This document shows, one piece after another, positions 53,601 to 64,000 of a stretch of DNA of 64,000 nucleotides. Source of the DNA: Rhina ancylostomus (Eukaryota); assembly GCA_030265395.1 (NCBI GenBank), contig JARFYF010000058.1:21000021-21064020 (forward strand). Direction: 5' to 3'. A model generated the notes under the pieces. The model worked only from the letters and a program-made list of their open reading frames with translations. It ran no database searches and was not told where the DNA came from. Position numbers and translations under genes: made by a program. Within the stretch, counting starts at the first letter, position 1. Each line of letters begins with the position of its first letter.

Positions 53601-56600
53601 GTACAACCCCCACATATATAGCTCAAGGTCAGGATTGAACTCAAGTCACTGGAGCCATTTGCAGCTCTACCAGCTGTGCTACTATGCTGCCCCAAAAGAG
53701 ATTTTAAAAAATAGATCATCTTTTAAAAAAATTGGGACTTGAAATGGAGGCTGAAATAACAATCATTATTGCACACCCCATTAAAAGACTTAAAATATTA
53801 AAGATTGTGCTTTCTTCAAACTGGCTTGGTAGGTGTGAATCCAACAGTACAGTTAGTAAGCTTGATGGCATGACACATACGTAGTTATCCTTGGACAACA
53901 GCTCCAACTCATTAGGAAATATGTTAAATAAAATGTACCTCCAATTGACAATTTAAGGGTGCACTCACCCAAAGAACTATAAAGTGGTTTTTGCCCATTT
54001 GGACAACTGCCAATTTGTATGTAGAGGTTAACAAACTCAGAACCAATCTGACAAATAACCTTTCCAGAATTGAAGTACAGTCTGTTGGAACTTCAAAAAT
54101 AATGGTGTGCAGCTACTTTGCTATTTAAAGACAAACCCTATTAGGTGCAATAGCTAAACGTTGACTCTTACTTCATGTGAGATCTCCGTCCACTTCTGTT
54201 TACACATTTCTGCTGTATAATGGGCGAAGGTCACCTTATTCCAGTCCATATGTGATTCTGTTGTTTTAAACTTCATCACATCATTGGAAGGAACCATGCT
54301 TCTCATGCTGTCCAGTAGGCCCAGGAGGTCCTCTTTTGGCCACTCTGTAGAGAGAGAATAAATCAACCTCTACACGAGCTTTATCAATAATTTCATTCTC
54401 TCCTGCACCCCTTTAGAAATAAACACATAAAGGCCAACTGAAGAGCTTTAAAATGAACACTTTTCTCTGAAATAGACCAAGCATCCTAATTATGACAAAC
54501 AGGAACTCACCAACTTACCAGCATCAAAACAAATGGAAACTTGATTCTGATCTTAACTGGAATACCAAAGAAAGGATCTTTGCTGCCCAGGGTACCAGAC
54601 AGATAGAACAAGTGGCAGCACCAAGTTGTTCAGCATAAAGGGTATAATGCCTTGTGGATAACAGGCAAACATTTGCTTAGCAGCTCAGTGTAACCATGAA
54701 AGAATGCTCTGTGTGGGCCTTGGTTATCCATCAAAAACCAAGGGCAAAGAGAAAATAAAAAGTCACTAACTTTGATTTATCCCAAGACGCACAGTTGGAA
54801 ACTTCTTAACAACATCAGGACTGCTTCCATTTTATAAGCTCGCACGAACAAATTACAAGTATTTCTGAAGTGACCTCCAGGGAATAACTATTCTTCATAG
54901 GTATAATGTACCATTTGATTAAACTGGCTGTTACGCAGAAAGAAAACTGGACCAGTCACATAAACATCTTGGCCACAAGAACGAGGCTGGATGTGTTGCA
55001 ATGAATGACCATCTCATGACACCATAAAGCTTCTCCATCTGGCAGTAGTGTGATGAAACATTTAACTTACCTAGATGAGTACAGCTGTATCACCACTCTA
55101 GGTGCTTGATACCATCCAGAGCAGAGCAGCCTCCCAGATTAGTCTAAAATATTATTCCTTCCACAATATACATTATGACTGCGACATGCATTATCTACAA
55201 AATGCACTGCATTACTCACCAAGGTTACTGCAATAATATCTCCCAAACATATGACATCTATTACTGAGCAAAGGGACAGCAGGGATCAGAGCACCACCTG
55301 CAGGCTCGCTGGCAAGTCACACCCTGTCTCAATTTGTAAACATGGATTTATCTCCAGATCCTGAGATTCTCTCAACATTGTAGAAACACCATCAGCTCCT
55401 CAAGTTCTGCACCACATTGCCAAGAACAATTAGAGAAGCACAAATTAACACTGGCCTTGACAGCAACCACATCTTCTGAAATTAATAAAAAGTTCCCATT
55501 CTGCACTGAGTTCGGTAAACTAAGCCAAGCTAAAGCAAAAGCCTCTAACTGCTGCCAAGTATTTGAGTGGAGTATCAGAGAGGAATGGTTGGAAAGAAAT
55601 CAATTTCTCAAGGACATCTGAGAGCCTAAGGTTATTCTGTGCACTTTTTTTTAATGGATCAACAAAATAATACACAAAAATGCTGGGAAGATTTAAATAA
55701 GACTTAAAGGCAGTCTTCTCTCAAAAACAACCATCCACTTCTTCAATGGATTTGTAACAGGGAAGAAAACAATTCTTAAGGACAATGAATCAGACAAACC
55801 CCATGTAAGGATTGTAAGAGAGAAGCAGCCTCTGTTGCATAAAACCCTATCCAGAACAATCAGGATTTTGTTGTACAGCTGCTGCTTCACAGCCCCAACA
55901 GCCTGAATGTAATTTCACTGCTATGTGGAGCTTTCACATTCTTCTTATGACTTTGTGGGTTTCCTCTAGATGCCCCAGTTTCCTCCCACATCCCGAGGAA
56001 GTCCTGATTGGAAGATTAATTGGCCACAGTCAGTTGCCCATATTGTTTGGCGAGTGATAGCATCAAGGGATATTGATGGAAATATGAGGACAATAGCCTA
56101 CAGAGAGTATAAGTGGGGGGAAAAATAAATTGGATTGACAGCATACATTCAATGGGCCAAATAGCTTTCTCCAATATCACAAGCAAATACAAAGTGAAAT
56201 TCTGGGCTGCTCAAGAAACAAGTGTAGATTTGAGAAGATGGAATCATGAGAATTGATATCCTTTCTGCCCAATCTTATGAGTTAACATAAAACTTAAGAT
56301 GTGGGTTGATTACTGGAATTGATTAAACTAATCCAGGAAAAGCTTCACAATCTTGTTTTCTGTTGAGGTTATTGAAGGACCAGACCTGGAATCCCCACAA
56401 GTCAGATTCATGCACTTGGCTCCACATTCTATTCAGCCATCTGTTGAGTTGCGCTGAAAGGATTGTGAGGTTTTAACAATGGTAACGTTGCTAGTTATAA
56501 GTAAACTCAAGCCCTTACAATATTGTTCTCCATGTAACATTGTGGTCCCCTCTCTTCAGATTCATCCTATGGTTTGACTTATTGACATTAAAACGTTGGG

Positions 56601-59600
56601 CCTTTAGCCACTAACACAACTGCGGGGGCGGGGGNNNNNNNNNNGCGCGAAGAATGCGCCTTTGAGTAAAATTCACAATTTAAAAACACCATGGATTTAT
56701 CAGCAGCAGTGGTGAGTCTACCACTGGAGTTTACAATCCAAGGCATTACTTGTGTAACTTCACACCATATTTAAAAGACATTTAAACTCAAGTTCTTCTG
56801 GATTCTCCAACTTTCTTCATTTGTGTATTCTCTCCCCCTCCATAAAGCACAATGTGCAGTTGCCTACATTACATTGGAGCTTTAAGCAGCAGCCCATTCT
56901 GCTAACCAGCTTCAATTCATTTTATATTCACTTCACACTTATATTTGCCATTGGCAAACAGATTACCTTTTGCAGAGCAGAGTCCAAAATCTCTATATAG
57001 ATAATAAAACTAACCCAGCCCCAGCACCGACCTCAGGATGTAGGTGTTCTAAACCTTCCACAGACTAAGCATCATCCATCTATACAATTGGTTTAGTTCA
57101 AAGAAATTAGCAAATGTTTGTTGAAATTTCCATGTACATATGTAGCACATTTCCCTTTTTAAATTGAACCAATCACTTCATTCCTCAAATTAAACTTTAA
57201 GGTTATGAAGGCCAAATTACACATGCATGTTGGTGCCCTTAACACTCAATGCTTTCTCAACTATTAAAGTTGCCCTTGAATTAACTAGCCACTAGTTTTC
57301 AAGCTGAAGCACAAGACCGAGCCAGCTGTTGCCACACAGCGGCCCAAGTGGCACACAACTTGTTTGACATCACTGGCATTTTATTTGCCCATCCTTTATT
57401 GTTCCATGAACTAAGTGTGTTGTTTGGCATTTCAAGAAGGCAGTTCAATGTAAACCACATCAATGGTTCTGGAGACACAAGAGATTCTTCAGATAGAATA
57501 TAGAACATGGAACACTACAGCACAGGCCCTTCGGCCCACAATGTTGTGCCAACATTTTATCCTGCTCTAAGATCTATCTAACCCTTCCCTCCCNNNNNNN
57601 NNNNNNNNNNNNNNNNNNNNNNNNNNNNNNNNNNNNNNNNNNNNNNNNNNNCCTCACTGGTGATGCTCTTCAAAAATACCCACACCCACCCCCCCCCCCA
57701 AACCCCTTTACTCAACTCTGATCTTCTCCCTCCTAATGTTTCACTCACCAATATCCACTCCCTGCCAAAACTATCTTAATTCACCACCTGCCACTGCTAA
57801 GACTCCCCAATGCTCCTGCCCAATAGTTGCAGCTAACTGCCCTCAATCTTCTTTTCATTTTCCTACACCCTCCATCCTCTCAACTCTGCTCCTCACGATT
57901 CACTACCCAACTAACTTTTTTCTTGAATGCCATTCCTTCCAATGCCAAGAAAATAGATTAGAATGGCCCATCGTATTCAGAACCTCCTGGGCCTAGAGGA
58001 TGGCAGAACTTCACAGCCTCCCATTCAGCTTGCTAAGGTAGCTGAAAAAGGCTACAATTTGTGTGGTTGCCTAATCTATAAATTACTGAATTTTATTATC
58101 TTTGAACAAGGATAGCTTTTCTCCAGCTCCATGGAATGATGAACATTTAAAAAGACAAAACACTCTAGGCTTAGTCAAGAGACTTATTCAAGATTCAATA
58201 TTTTTGTTCAGAACCAATTCCTTTACTGAACTTCACTATTTCATCCATCATGACCCCAATTCCACTATTGTTTTAATACAAAATGGTTAAACCCTCTACC
58301 ATATTTCCAAATTAATCCTACCGATGGCTCATGTCTATTTTATATCAGCTAATCGTATCCAGCTCCAAATTTCAATTTCATCTCCTGTTGCACCTGTAGT
58401 ATAGTATATAATGCCTCACTTTTAAAAATTTATTTTAACCCGGGTTCAATTCCTGCCGCTGCCTGTAAGGAGTTTGTACGTTCTCTCGCGTCTGCGTGGG
58501 TTTCCTCCGGGTGCTCCGGTTTCCTCCCACATTCCAAAGGCGTATGGGTAGGTTAATTTGGGGTTTAAAATGGGCAGCGTGGACTCATTGGGCCGGAAGG
58601 GCCTGTTACCACGCTGTAAATAAAATTTTAAAAATTTAATTTTAAAAAATCCCTCCATTAACCACAAACTCCCCAACTTTCAGTTTATACAAAACAAGAT
58701 TCTGTTTCTCAATTTACCTTGATTTATCACCTCTGACCATCAACCTCCTTGTGAACTTTGTCCAGTTAATTTGAGCCAAATTGCATTCCATCACACTGAT
58801 CTTTGGCTGTGCATTTTCAGCTCTTTACCCAGATAGTGGCTGCAATGGGGTTGTGTACAATTTTTCATTTGGGCTTCCAAACTATTTGGCAAAGATGACT
58901 TGCTAGAAACTAATCAAACTACACCTTTTTCCCTACTGGACCAGGAACATTTGGATTTAAGAATTCTGGGTGCATTTTTTTTTAGAAAAAGGTATTGCAC
59001 TCTGAACTAATCATTGTTATCCCAGTCTGTTTTCAACATTAAACTCACACAATTTTCCCCATTCTTCTTGGCTTTATTTCCAAACTACCTCCCTCTCCTA
59101 GCACCAGCTGAGAGTAGAGGTAATGTACAAATCAATCATCTCCTCCCAATCCTCTCTAGTCCTAACATGGATCCCCTCAAAATAGCTCTCTAGGTTGCCA
59201 GCATCCTTCCTTAGCCTTCTCCAAATGTACAGGAGCAAACATTGTTTTCCAAGAATATTTCCCTAGTTTAACATACCGTTTGACCTGTAAACCCATTTTT
59301 GATTCTACCAATAAGCACGCAGATGATCTTGGCTATCTAATTCATTCATGTGCCAATTCAAAAAGTTGGATTCCTCTCCTCCACCCATTTCAGCAGCAGT
59401 GATATTCAGACATTGTTGGTTGTCTGACACCGAACCACACAGGACAAGGTTTAATCCCTTGTCACTCATCACCCCCCCCCCAAAAAAAAAAGACAAAAGG
59501 AGCCTTACATTCCAATAATGAAAAAAATTTCCTAGTAATTCTCCAGTGTGGCCACTTCTGACCCTCCACAGTAGTTCCTCCATAAACAAATAATGAAGCT

Positions 59601-61918
59601 ACCATCCCAAACAAGCTACAACAGGACTACTGAAGCATGAAATGAAGGCAAATTGTATTCTGCCATGCCTGACAGCATCCAGAACCCACATTACAATGAT
59701 AAAATTGGTTAACAGCAAATGAGCAGGTCCAGTCCTCCATTACACTAGGCTTTGGCCTCATACGAACCATTGGCTAATGTAAAGGTTATTTATGATTAGA
59801 AATCCAAACATGGTGCCCTCTACAGGGGAACCGGGATCTGCAACTATCTTGCTTAACTAGTTTGAATACTTCAGAAAATGACGTTACAACAGTTAACCAG
59901 ATTCCAAATCATAGGCAAAGAGCAAATATGAATGGCCCCTTGAATGCACAAAATCTGAAGGAATGAGATTGTTTTTGGTACCCACCGTCTTACAGTAATC
60001 ATGGCATTAAAAATTCACAAAATGAACAAATCTGTACATTTTCTTGCCAAGTTCCATGTATGAGATGGTGCTGTCACAAAGGTTCTGGAGCAGGAAAATG
60101 TGGAATAGCAGCTTCCCAATTTCCACATTTAATATGCATAGTTAACAGAAATTACTATTTACTTAAATAACAGTGAATGGTGAGAGCCTCAATTTTTGAT
60201 TGAAAATCTGAGCCATGAATAGTTATGAACTTCTACCAATGCTGTGCCTCTTTTTAGAAAGATTGCAGTGGCTGGGTCCTGGATTGAGATTCTTCATATA
60301 TCAACTATACATCAATAAAAGTGGCCAAACCTGTTACAGATTCAGCTGAAAAGGAAAACAATATGACCAAAGGCAATTCTTTTTATAAATAAAGAAATCC
60401 TCTCCTAATTTTTGCAAGATTAAAAGCAGAACCCATGTGTACATAAAACTAGATATTATTAAAACACACAGCTTGCCCTGTAATTTTAATCAAAGATTTC
60501 AAGACTACCAATAATTTGTTGCAGTTCCACACTTGGTGAGTGGAACTAAGATTCGATGCTACATGGGAGTAGGTCCATGCTGTGTTCAGGAGAACTTGAT
60601 CCATTCACCATGCTGCTCATGAAGAACTCTTGATACTTATTGCTCTGGATTCAAAACTATTTGTTAAATTACCAGCTAGTCACTTTGCTCCTGGACTGTA
60701 GGACTGAAAAGACAGAAGGAAAATTGAATCTTCTTTGAATCAACACGACTCCAAGATGGCATGCCTGAATTCAGTCCTACCTTGCATGTCAATGATTAAT
60801 ATTAAAGTATTAATTAGGCAAATAACATGATTACCAGTATGTATTTTGGGATACTGCTCGATTTCAGCTGGATGGTAACCCCATGTAATCCCATAACATG
60901 TCTGTTGAAAATTAACATCTCAACTCTTAAATTTGTTAGGCCCTCATTGTGGGCTCCATTTAAGGCAAATAGATGTTCACCTGTGATTTCTTGGTGATTT
61001 GGTTGGAAGCTAAGATGGGAAACTCAACATAGTTGTGTCAAAAATCACTCAACTAAAAGAAAGTGCTTGGCATTGAAAGACAAAGTTGGGGACATGGCTT
61101 AAAACTGAGCTTTGGAGCAGTTTCATTCCAGGAACAATTAATGTGTACTTTATTCCCAACTTAATTTGGGCATAGGATTCAAGTATTTTTTGAAATGTGC
61201 TGCATCAAATGACTCCACATTTCCTTCCAGTATTGGTTCCCAGCCCTGGGTAATAGAACACAGCGAAAACTGAGAGATGCCAATAAGAAGTTTTTTTTGG
61301 CTGAAACAACTTGAAAGTTAAAGACAAAAAGGAGAATTAAAATAATCACAAAAGATCCAAATTAGATTGCATAGTATTACATGTTAACTGTCATAAAATA
61401 GCAAACAAAACTCATGGTGCTTGGCACACACCTGATACACGGAATGTGATATACATATCTCTCCCAACATTTCATAGTCAAAAAATATCAGGCCTTAATT
61501 TTCTTCTCTCGACCCCCTACACCTTTAACCACCTTTATGGCCCAAAACCAAAACGCAAATTTAATGTAGGATACTAACAATGGCTGAATGTGGCTGTTAT
61601 TTTCCAAAGTATATCTATAAAACAATAGTCATAAAATAAATATCTGGTCAAAATTGTAATTTGGTATGCAAGAGAAGAAGAACATTTCTGCAATGGTGTC
61701 TTAAAATAATTATTTCTCCATTTTGCAAATAAAAGCCTTCGATAAATCTCACTTTGACTGAATCAGAGTGCAAGTATTCGTGCCACACAAATTTTGGGGG
61801 GGATACTCAAAACAATCCCTAGAGTCTGCTCTCAACAGGCAACCTCACCTCCATTTAACTCACCTTCTTTTGCATCGCTCAGTTCAGCAGTTTCTGCCAT
61901 GGCTGTCTCTCCGTTCAT
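18159..61918 (-). CDS. UBTF: UBTF (nucleolar transcription factor 1 / UBF), spliced CDS of 20 coding exons, about 766 aa: N-terminal dimerization region, tandem HMG boxes, acidic/Ser-rich tail
   Basis: Manual translation gives UBF peptides ([91 protein letters not shown] tail). Exon phases are mutually compatible and every boundary is AG/GT except the exon 7 donor. Confidence 0.98.
18600..18905 (+). mobile_element. Non-LTR retrotransposon 3' end, family uncertain
   Basis: NSYFPSA remnant and tail ttcattgcac...catgtacttgcacgtgacaataaac. Confidence 0.5.
19324..19473 (-). CDS. UBTF: UBTF exon 20, acidic tail ([13 protein letters not shown]...EEEDDADE)
   Basis: 150 nt, tgcag| acceptor and |gtaaaa donor; D/E/S-rich. 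Confidence 0.96.
19900..20900 (+). mobile_element. Old degenerate CR1-type LINE fragment
   Basis: agtgatgtttcccagggtgttgtaccaggtccc is an SGVPQGSVLGP-like remnant, with further 3' remnants downstream. Confidence 0.5.
21190..22990 (-). mobile_element. 5'-truncated CR1 LINE (about 1.8 kb) with reverse transcriptase remnants
   Basis: Minus-strand motifs [46 protein letters not shown] and 3' tail gggcctgtttccatgctgtattactct. Confidence 0.9.
23391..23465 (-). CDS. UBTF: UBTF exon 19 ([25 protein letters not shown])
   Basis: 75 nt, gacag| acceptor and |gtaagt donor. Confidence 0.93.
23809..23856 (-). CDS. UBTF: UBTF exon 18 ([16 protein letters not shown])
   Basis: 48 nt, cttag| acceptor and |gtaagt donor. 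Confidence 0.95.
25219..25408 (-). CDS. UBTF: UBTF exon 17, HMG box ([19 protein letters not shown]...NLEAWLK)
   Basis: 190 nt, ttcag| acceptor and |gtagca donor. Confidence 0.97.
25943..26025 (-). CDS. UBTF: UBTF exon 16 ([28 protein letters not shown])
   Basis: 83 nt, ttcag| acceptor and |gtaagt donor. Confidence 0.96.
27793..28224 (+). repeat. Direct repeat pair of about 98 bp (27793-27890 and 28126-28224)
   Basis: The two copies differ at only a handful of positions. Confidence 0.92.
28325..28435 (-). CDS. UBTF: UBTF exon 15 ([37 protein letters not shown])
   Basis: 111 nt, tttag| acceptor and |gtacac donor. Confidence 0.97.
31266..31439 (-). CDS. UBTF: UBTF exon 14 ([13 protein letters not shown]...[26 protein letters not shown])
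   Basis: 174 nt, aacag| acceptor and |gtatgc donor. Confidence 0.96.
32574..32648. repeat. (GT)n microsatellite
   Basis: Pure GT run adjoining an N gap. Confidence 0.97.
33860..34085. mobile_element. Palindromic non-autonomous element made of two inverted Penelope-type termini
   Basis: Left arm ggaggaacttagcatctatagagggaaatgga...tttcaggtcaagaccctt is the reverse complement of right arm aaggtcttgacccgaaa...tccatttccctccatagatgct...gagttcctcc. Confidence 0.75.
35378..35533 (-). CDS. UBTF: UBTF exon 13, HMG box ([52 protein letters not shown])
   Basis: 156 nt, atcag| acceptor and |gtaata donor. Confidence 0.97.
40212..40343 (-). CDS. UBTF: UBTF exon 12 ([22 protein letters not shown]...SDATK)
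   Basis: 132 nt, ggcag| acceptor and |gtgcgt donor. Confidence 0.94.
40529..40570 (-). CDS. UBTF: UBTF exon 11 ([14 protein letters not shown])
   Basis: 42 nt, cacag| acceptor and |gtaggt donor. Confidence 0.93.
40948..41089 (-). CDS. UBTF: UBTF exon 10 ([31 protein letters not shown]...KRCEQ)
   Basis: 142 nt, ttcag| acceptor and |gtcagt donor. Confidence 0.97.
41260..41990 (+). mobile_element. Old CR1-type LINE 3' fragment
   Basis: Remnants LVKLHLE and VEAWNSL plus a gggccaaatagcctactctt tail. Confidence 0.6.
42213..42346 (-). CDS. UBTF: UBTF exon 9 ([12 protein letters not shown]...[13 protein letters not shown])
   Basis: 134 nt, tgcag| acceptor and |gtatgt donor. Confidence 0.97.
43166..43276 (-). 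CDS. UBTF: UBTF exon 8 ([37 protein letters not shown]), the UBF1/UBF2 cassette exon
   Basis: 111 nt, phase 0-0, cccag| acceptor and |gtaaac donor. Confidence 0.97.
45304..45392 (-). CDS. UBTF: UBTF exon 7, interrupted by an N gap ([12 protein letters not shown]...[14 protein letters not shown]); donor ambiguous
   Basis: aaatag| acceptor and homologous peptide on both sides of the 10-N gap; about 42 nt appear to be missing. The expected donor reads AAG|gaattg. Confidence 0.88.
45698..45912 (+). mobile_element. CR1 LINE 3' end
   Basis: [28 protein letters not shown] plus gggtcaaatggcctaattctgctcct tail. Confidence 0.88.
46841..46905 (-). CDS. UBTF: UBTF exon 6 ([22 protein letters not shown])
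   Basis: 65 nt, tgcag| acceptor and |gtaatg donor. Confidence 0.97.
47035..47190 (-). CDS. UBTF: UBTF exon 5, HMG box 1 ([17 protein letters not shown]...ELPEKKK)
   Basis: 156 nt, tatag| acceptor and |gttagt donor. Confidence 0.98.
50330..50710 (-). mobile_element. Degenerate non-LTR LINE 3' fragment
   Basis: Reverse-complement similarity to 54940-55490 (gcagct...gatgc...ccatccag, tccctccaccat). Confidence 0.5.
52456..52539 (-). CDS. UBTF: UBTF exon 4 ([28 protein letters not shown])
   Basis: 84 nt, tttag| acceptor and |gtgagc donor. Confidence 0.97.
53400..53695 (-). mobile_element. Degenerate V-SINE
   Basis: gaggaaactgaagcacccagaggaaaccca is the reverse complement of the V domain; B-box remnant present. 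Confidence 0.75.
54172..54344 (-). CDS. UBTF: UBTF exon 3 ([13 protein letters not shown]...KWTEISHE)
   Basis: ctacag| acceptor, |gtaaga donor, 173 nt, phase 1 to 0. Confidence 0.97.
54940..55490 (+). mobile_element. Degenerate non-LTR LINE 3' fragment
   Basis: Remnants [21 protein letters not shown] and IYKMHC of a LINE ORF2 C-terminus. Confidence 0.5.
55870..56175 (+). mobile_element. Degenerate V-SINE
   Basis: gtgggtttcctctagatgccccagtttcctcccacatcc V domain. Confidence 0.72.
57492..57593 (-). mobile_element. CR1-type 3' tail
   Basis: atagaacatggaacactacagcacaggcccttcggcccac. Confidence 0.7.
58438..58630 (+). mobile_element. Young 5'-truncated V-SINE with CR1-like tail
   Basis: B box GGGTTCAATTCC, intact V domain GGGTTTCCTCCGGGTGCTCCGGTTTCCTCCCAC, tail gggccggaagggcctgttacc. 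Confidence 0.88.
61864..61918 (-). CDS. UBTF: UBTF first coding exon (exon 2), [18 protein letters not shown]
   Basis: MNGE start typical of UBF; donor G|gtgagt, phase 1; candidate acceptors give exon starts at 61961 or 61927. Confidence 0.93.
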
Positions 61919-62080
61919 GCTGCTCGACTGAAACACACAGCCCTTCGAGTCCGCCAACTACCTGAATAGAAGCGAATGAGACAAGATTAGGCTGTACCAC
62001 AGGAGCAACGCTGTAACAGCCATCTCCCCCCTGTGCGTGTCTCTATCGCATGCCACTCTAGTCAAACCCCCAGTGCTTAC

Positions 62081-62250
62081 GTCTCCCCTCCCTCCCCTTC
62101 CTTTTCCTCCTTTTTCCCTCCAGTCCCAGCGAGTGCAACAGCTCGGAGCAGCTGCTCTGTTGAAAACTGCCCAGTCGCAGCTTGAGTCCAGGGTAGGAGT
62201 GGCGCTGCGCGAAGCGGACAGAAGAGAAAGCAGCAGCGGAGACAGAGAGC
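62081..62250 (-). other. UBTF: Putative UBTF 5'-UTR exon or proximal promoter region
   Basis: Locally CpG-rich; donor GAC|gtaagc at 62080 would make a 119-nt intron to the acceptor giving exon start 61961; pyrimidine-rich 5' edge. Confidence 0.5.
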
Positions 62251-62604
62251 AGAAACTACTACATAATGTGTCTTGCTATTGACATCAGTCTAGGGATATT
62301 GCATTGCCTCAATCCACTGTACATCTCCCGTGCACGTATTCAAAATATTGTGAAGTGTGCTGGCTGCATAAGCTTTCATAAAATACTAAGTTATATTAAA
62401 ACTATTGAAAAGCAAAACAAAAAGCCCACTGAAATAAAAAACAGAAAATTGTGGAAATACTGCTGTTTAATCTGTAGGATATTTCCAGCATTTTCTATTT
62501 TTATATCAGCTTGGTGCAGTTTGAGTGCGGAGTTGGATCTACTTTCCATTAATAGCCTTGTATTTCTGTCAGAGCAAGGAAGTCTATGCTGAATTTCAGC
62601 CATA

Positions 62605-63900
62605 TATCATAGAATCATAGAAATTTACAGCACTGAAGGAAGTTCCTCAATGGATCGTGTTCATGCCAGGCAAAAAAATAGTTATTTAGGTTAATCCCAC
62701 TTCACAGTTTGTGACTGCTAGCCTGTAGGTTAAGACATGTCAGAAAGGTACTTTTTAAATATGATGAGGGTTTTTGCCTCCTCCAGCTTTTTAGATGCAC
62801 CATTCTTTGGATGAAAAGCCATTTCCTTAACTGCCATTTTAATTCTTCTACCATTGCCTTCAATCCATGTCCCCTATTTCTCAACTTCTCTGCAATGCGA
62901 AATTGGTCCCTCTTATTCAGCTAGTCTCAACTTCTCAATTTTATATACCAATAAACTACCAAAGAAAACAATCCCTGCCAATTTCACCTCATAACTTCAT
63001 TCCCCAGTTCTGCCAGAATGCTCATAAATCTCATCTCTCCCCTTTTTTAATGCTATCAGGTGATGATACTGTTCTTGGTGTTCTAGCTGAAGCCTAACTA
63101 GTATTTTCTACAATTCTAGCAAAGCCTCTGTACTTTATGCTTCAGCCAATAAAAGGCAAGAGCACAAATGCTACCTTCAGGAATTTGCAAACATGGAGCT
63201 GAGATTCCTCTGTTCCTTTACACTTCTCAGTATCTTACTGTAATAAGTTATTTCCTTGTCTTATTTACACACCCCATGTGCATTATCTTACATTTCTTTA
63301 CATTGAATTCCATTTGCTACTTTTTGCTTAGCTGATCAATCCATTCATTTATTTTTTTCAACCTCTTGCTCTCAATTAACCATATTTCCACAATTATTAA
63401 TTATGGCCCTCTTCCTTTAATTACAGTACAGACCATGTAAAACAAGGGGCCGAGGCATAGCTGTGAGACCTGCAGAACCCTACTGCCTATAGCCTATATA
63501 TTTAGTACTATCTGCTTTCTGTCACAAATGGTCTGTGATCTAAGTCCTTTCTCTTGTTTTCAGTGGATGTTATTTTTCCAAGCAGTTTGTGATATTTTGC
63601 CAGACACCTTGCTAAAGGACATAAAGCCATGTGGACCACATCACATATCTTGCCCTCATACACTCTCCTTGTTACTTCCTCAACCGTTCATCAGAAATCA
63701 CTTTAAATATTCCATGCAGATGGTCTGTGAATAAACTGCGTCTTTTTAAATGAGGAATTATGCATAATCCAAAGAACCTGCCCTGGATTATTAATCTTCA
63801 GAATAGTGTGTATAGCCTCATTGAATTGGAAGTGGGAGATGCAATTTGCCTACACCCAACTATTAGGGAAGTTATTCTTGGAGGTCTTATTGCTTTGATA
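62605..63900 (-). mobile_element. Old degenerate CR1-type LINE
   Basis: atcatagaatcatagaaa tail; minus ORF RGHGLK...LRKWLFIQRMV; further RT remnants to the right. Confidence 0.6.
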
Positions 63901-64000
63901 ATTATATAGTATTTTATAGTCTTTGATGTTCTAAATTGTTCAATAGTTATTGTCACTGAAAATTGGTTAGTTGTGATGGGGTTGAATTTGAGTTATACGT

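Noticed and set aside
1-64000. Prokaryotic systems, CRISPR arrays, tRNA or rRNA genes
   Set aside because: The window is spliceosomal vertebrate DNA; tRNA-like A/B boxes occur only in SINE heads and no repeat-spacer array is seen.

Overview
Vertebrate genomic DNA, most likely from a cartilaginous fish (inferred from V-SINE, CR1 and Penelope repeat content and from protein divergence), taken from a gapped draft assembly. Two genes lie in tandem on the minus strand. UBTF (upstream binding factor, the HMG-box RNA polymerase I factor) has all 20 coding exons traceable from ATG 61918 to TGA 18159, giving about 766 aa; exon 7 is broken by an N gap. The 5' part of ATXN7L3 (SAGA deubiquitinase-module subunit, Sgf11 homolog) follows, with a CpG-island promoter near 10.8-11.3 kb and coding exons at 8848-8898 and 5012-5144. 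Introns and intergenic DNA hold decayed CR1-type LINEs, Penelope-like elements and V-SINEs. Three observations stand out: (1) an exon-like unit inside ATXN7L3 intron 2 with a Kozak ATG, a basic 48-92 aa ORF and an AATAAA, preceded by a stop-containing cassette exon; (2) a family of decayed minimal hammerhead-ribozyme motifs in Penelope-derived termini, including a palindromic element; (3) UBTF exon 7 lacks a GT donor at the homologous position (GA instead, with an in-frame GT 57 nt further on). Exon numbering and comparisons with human proteins are from memory, not from a search.
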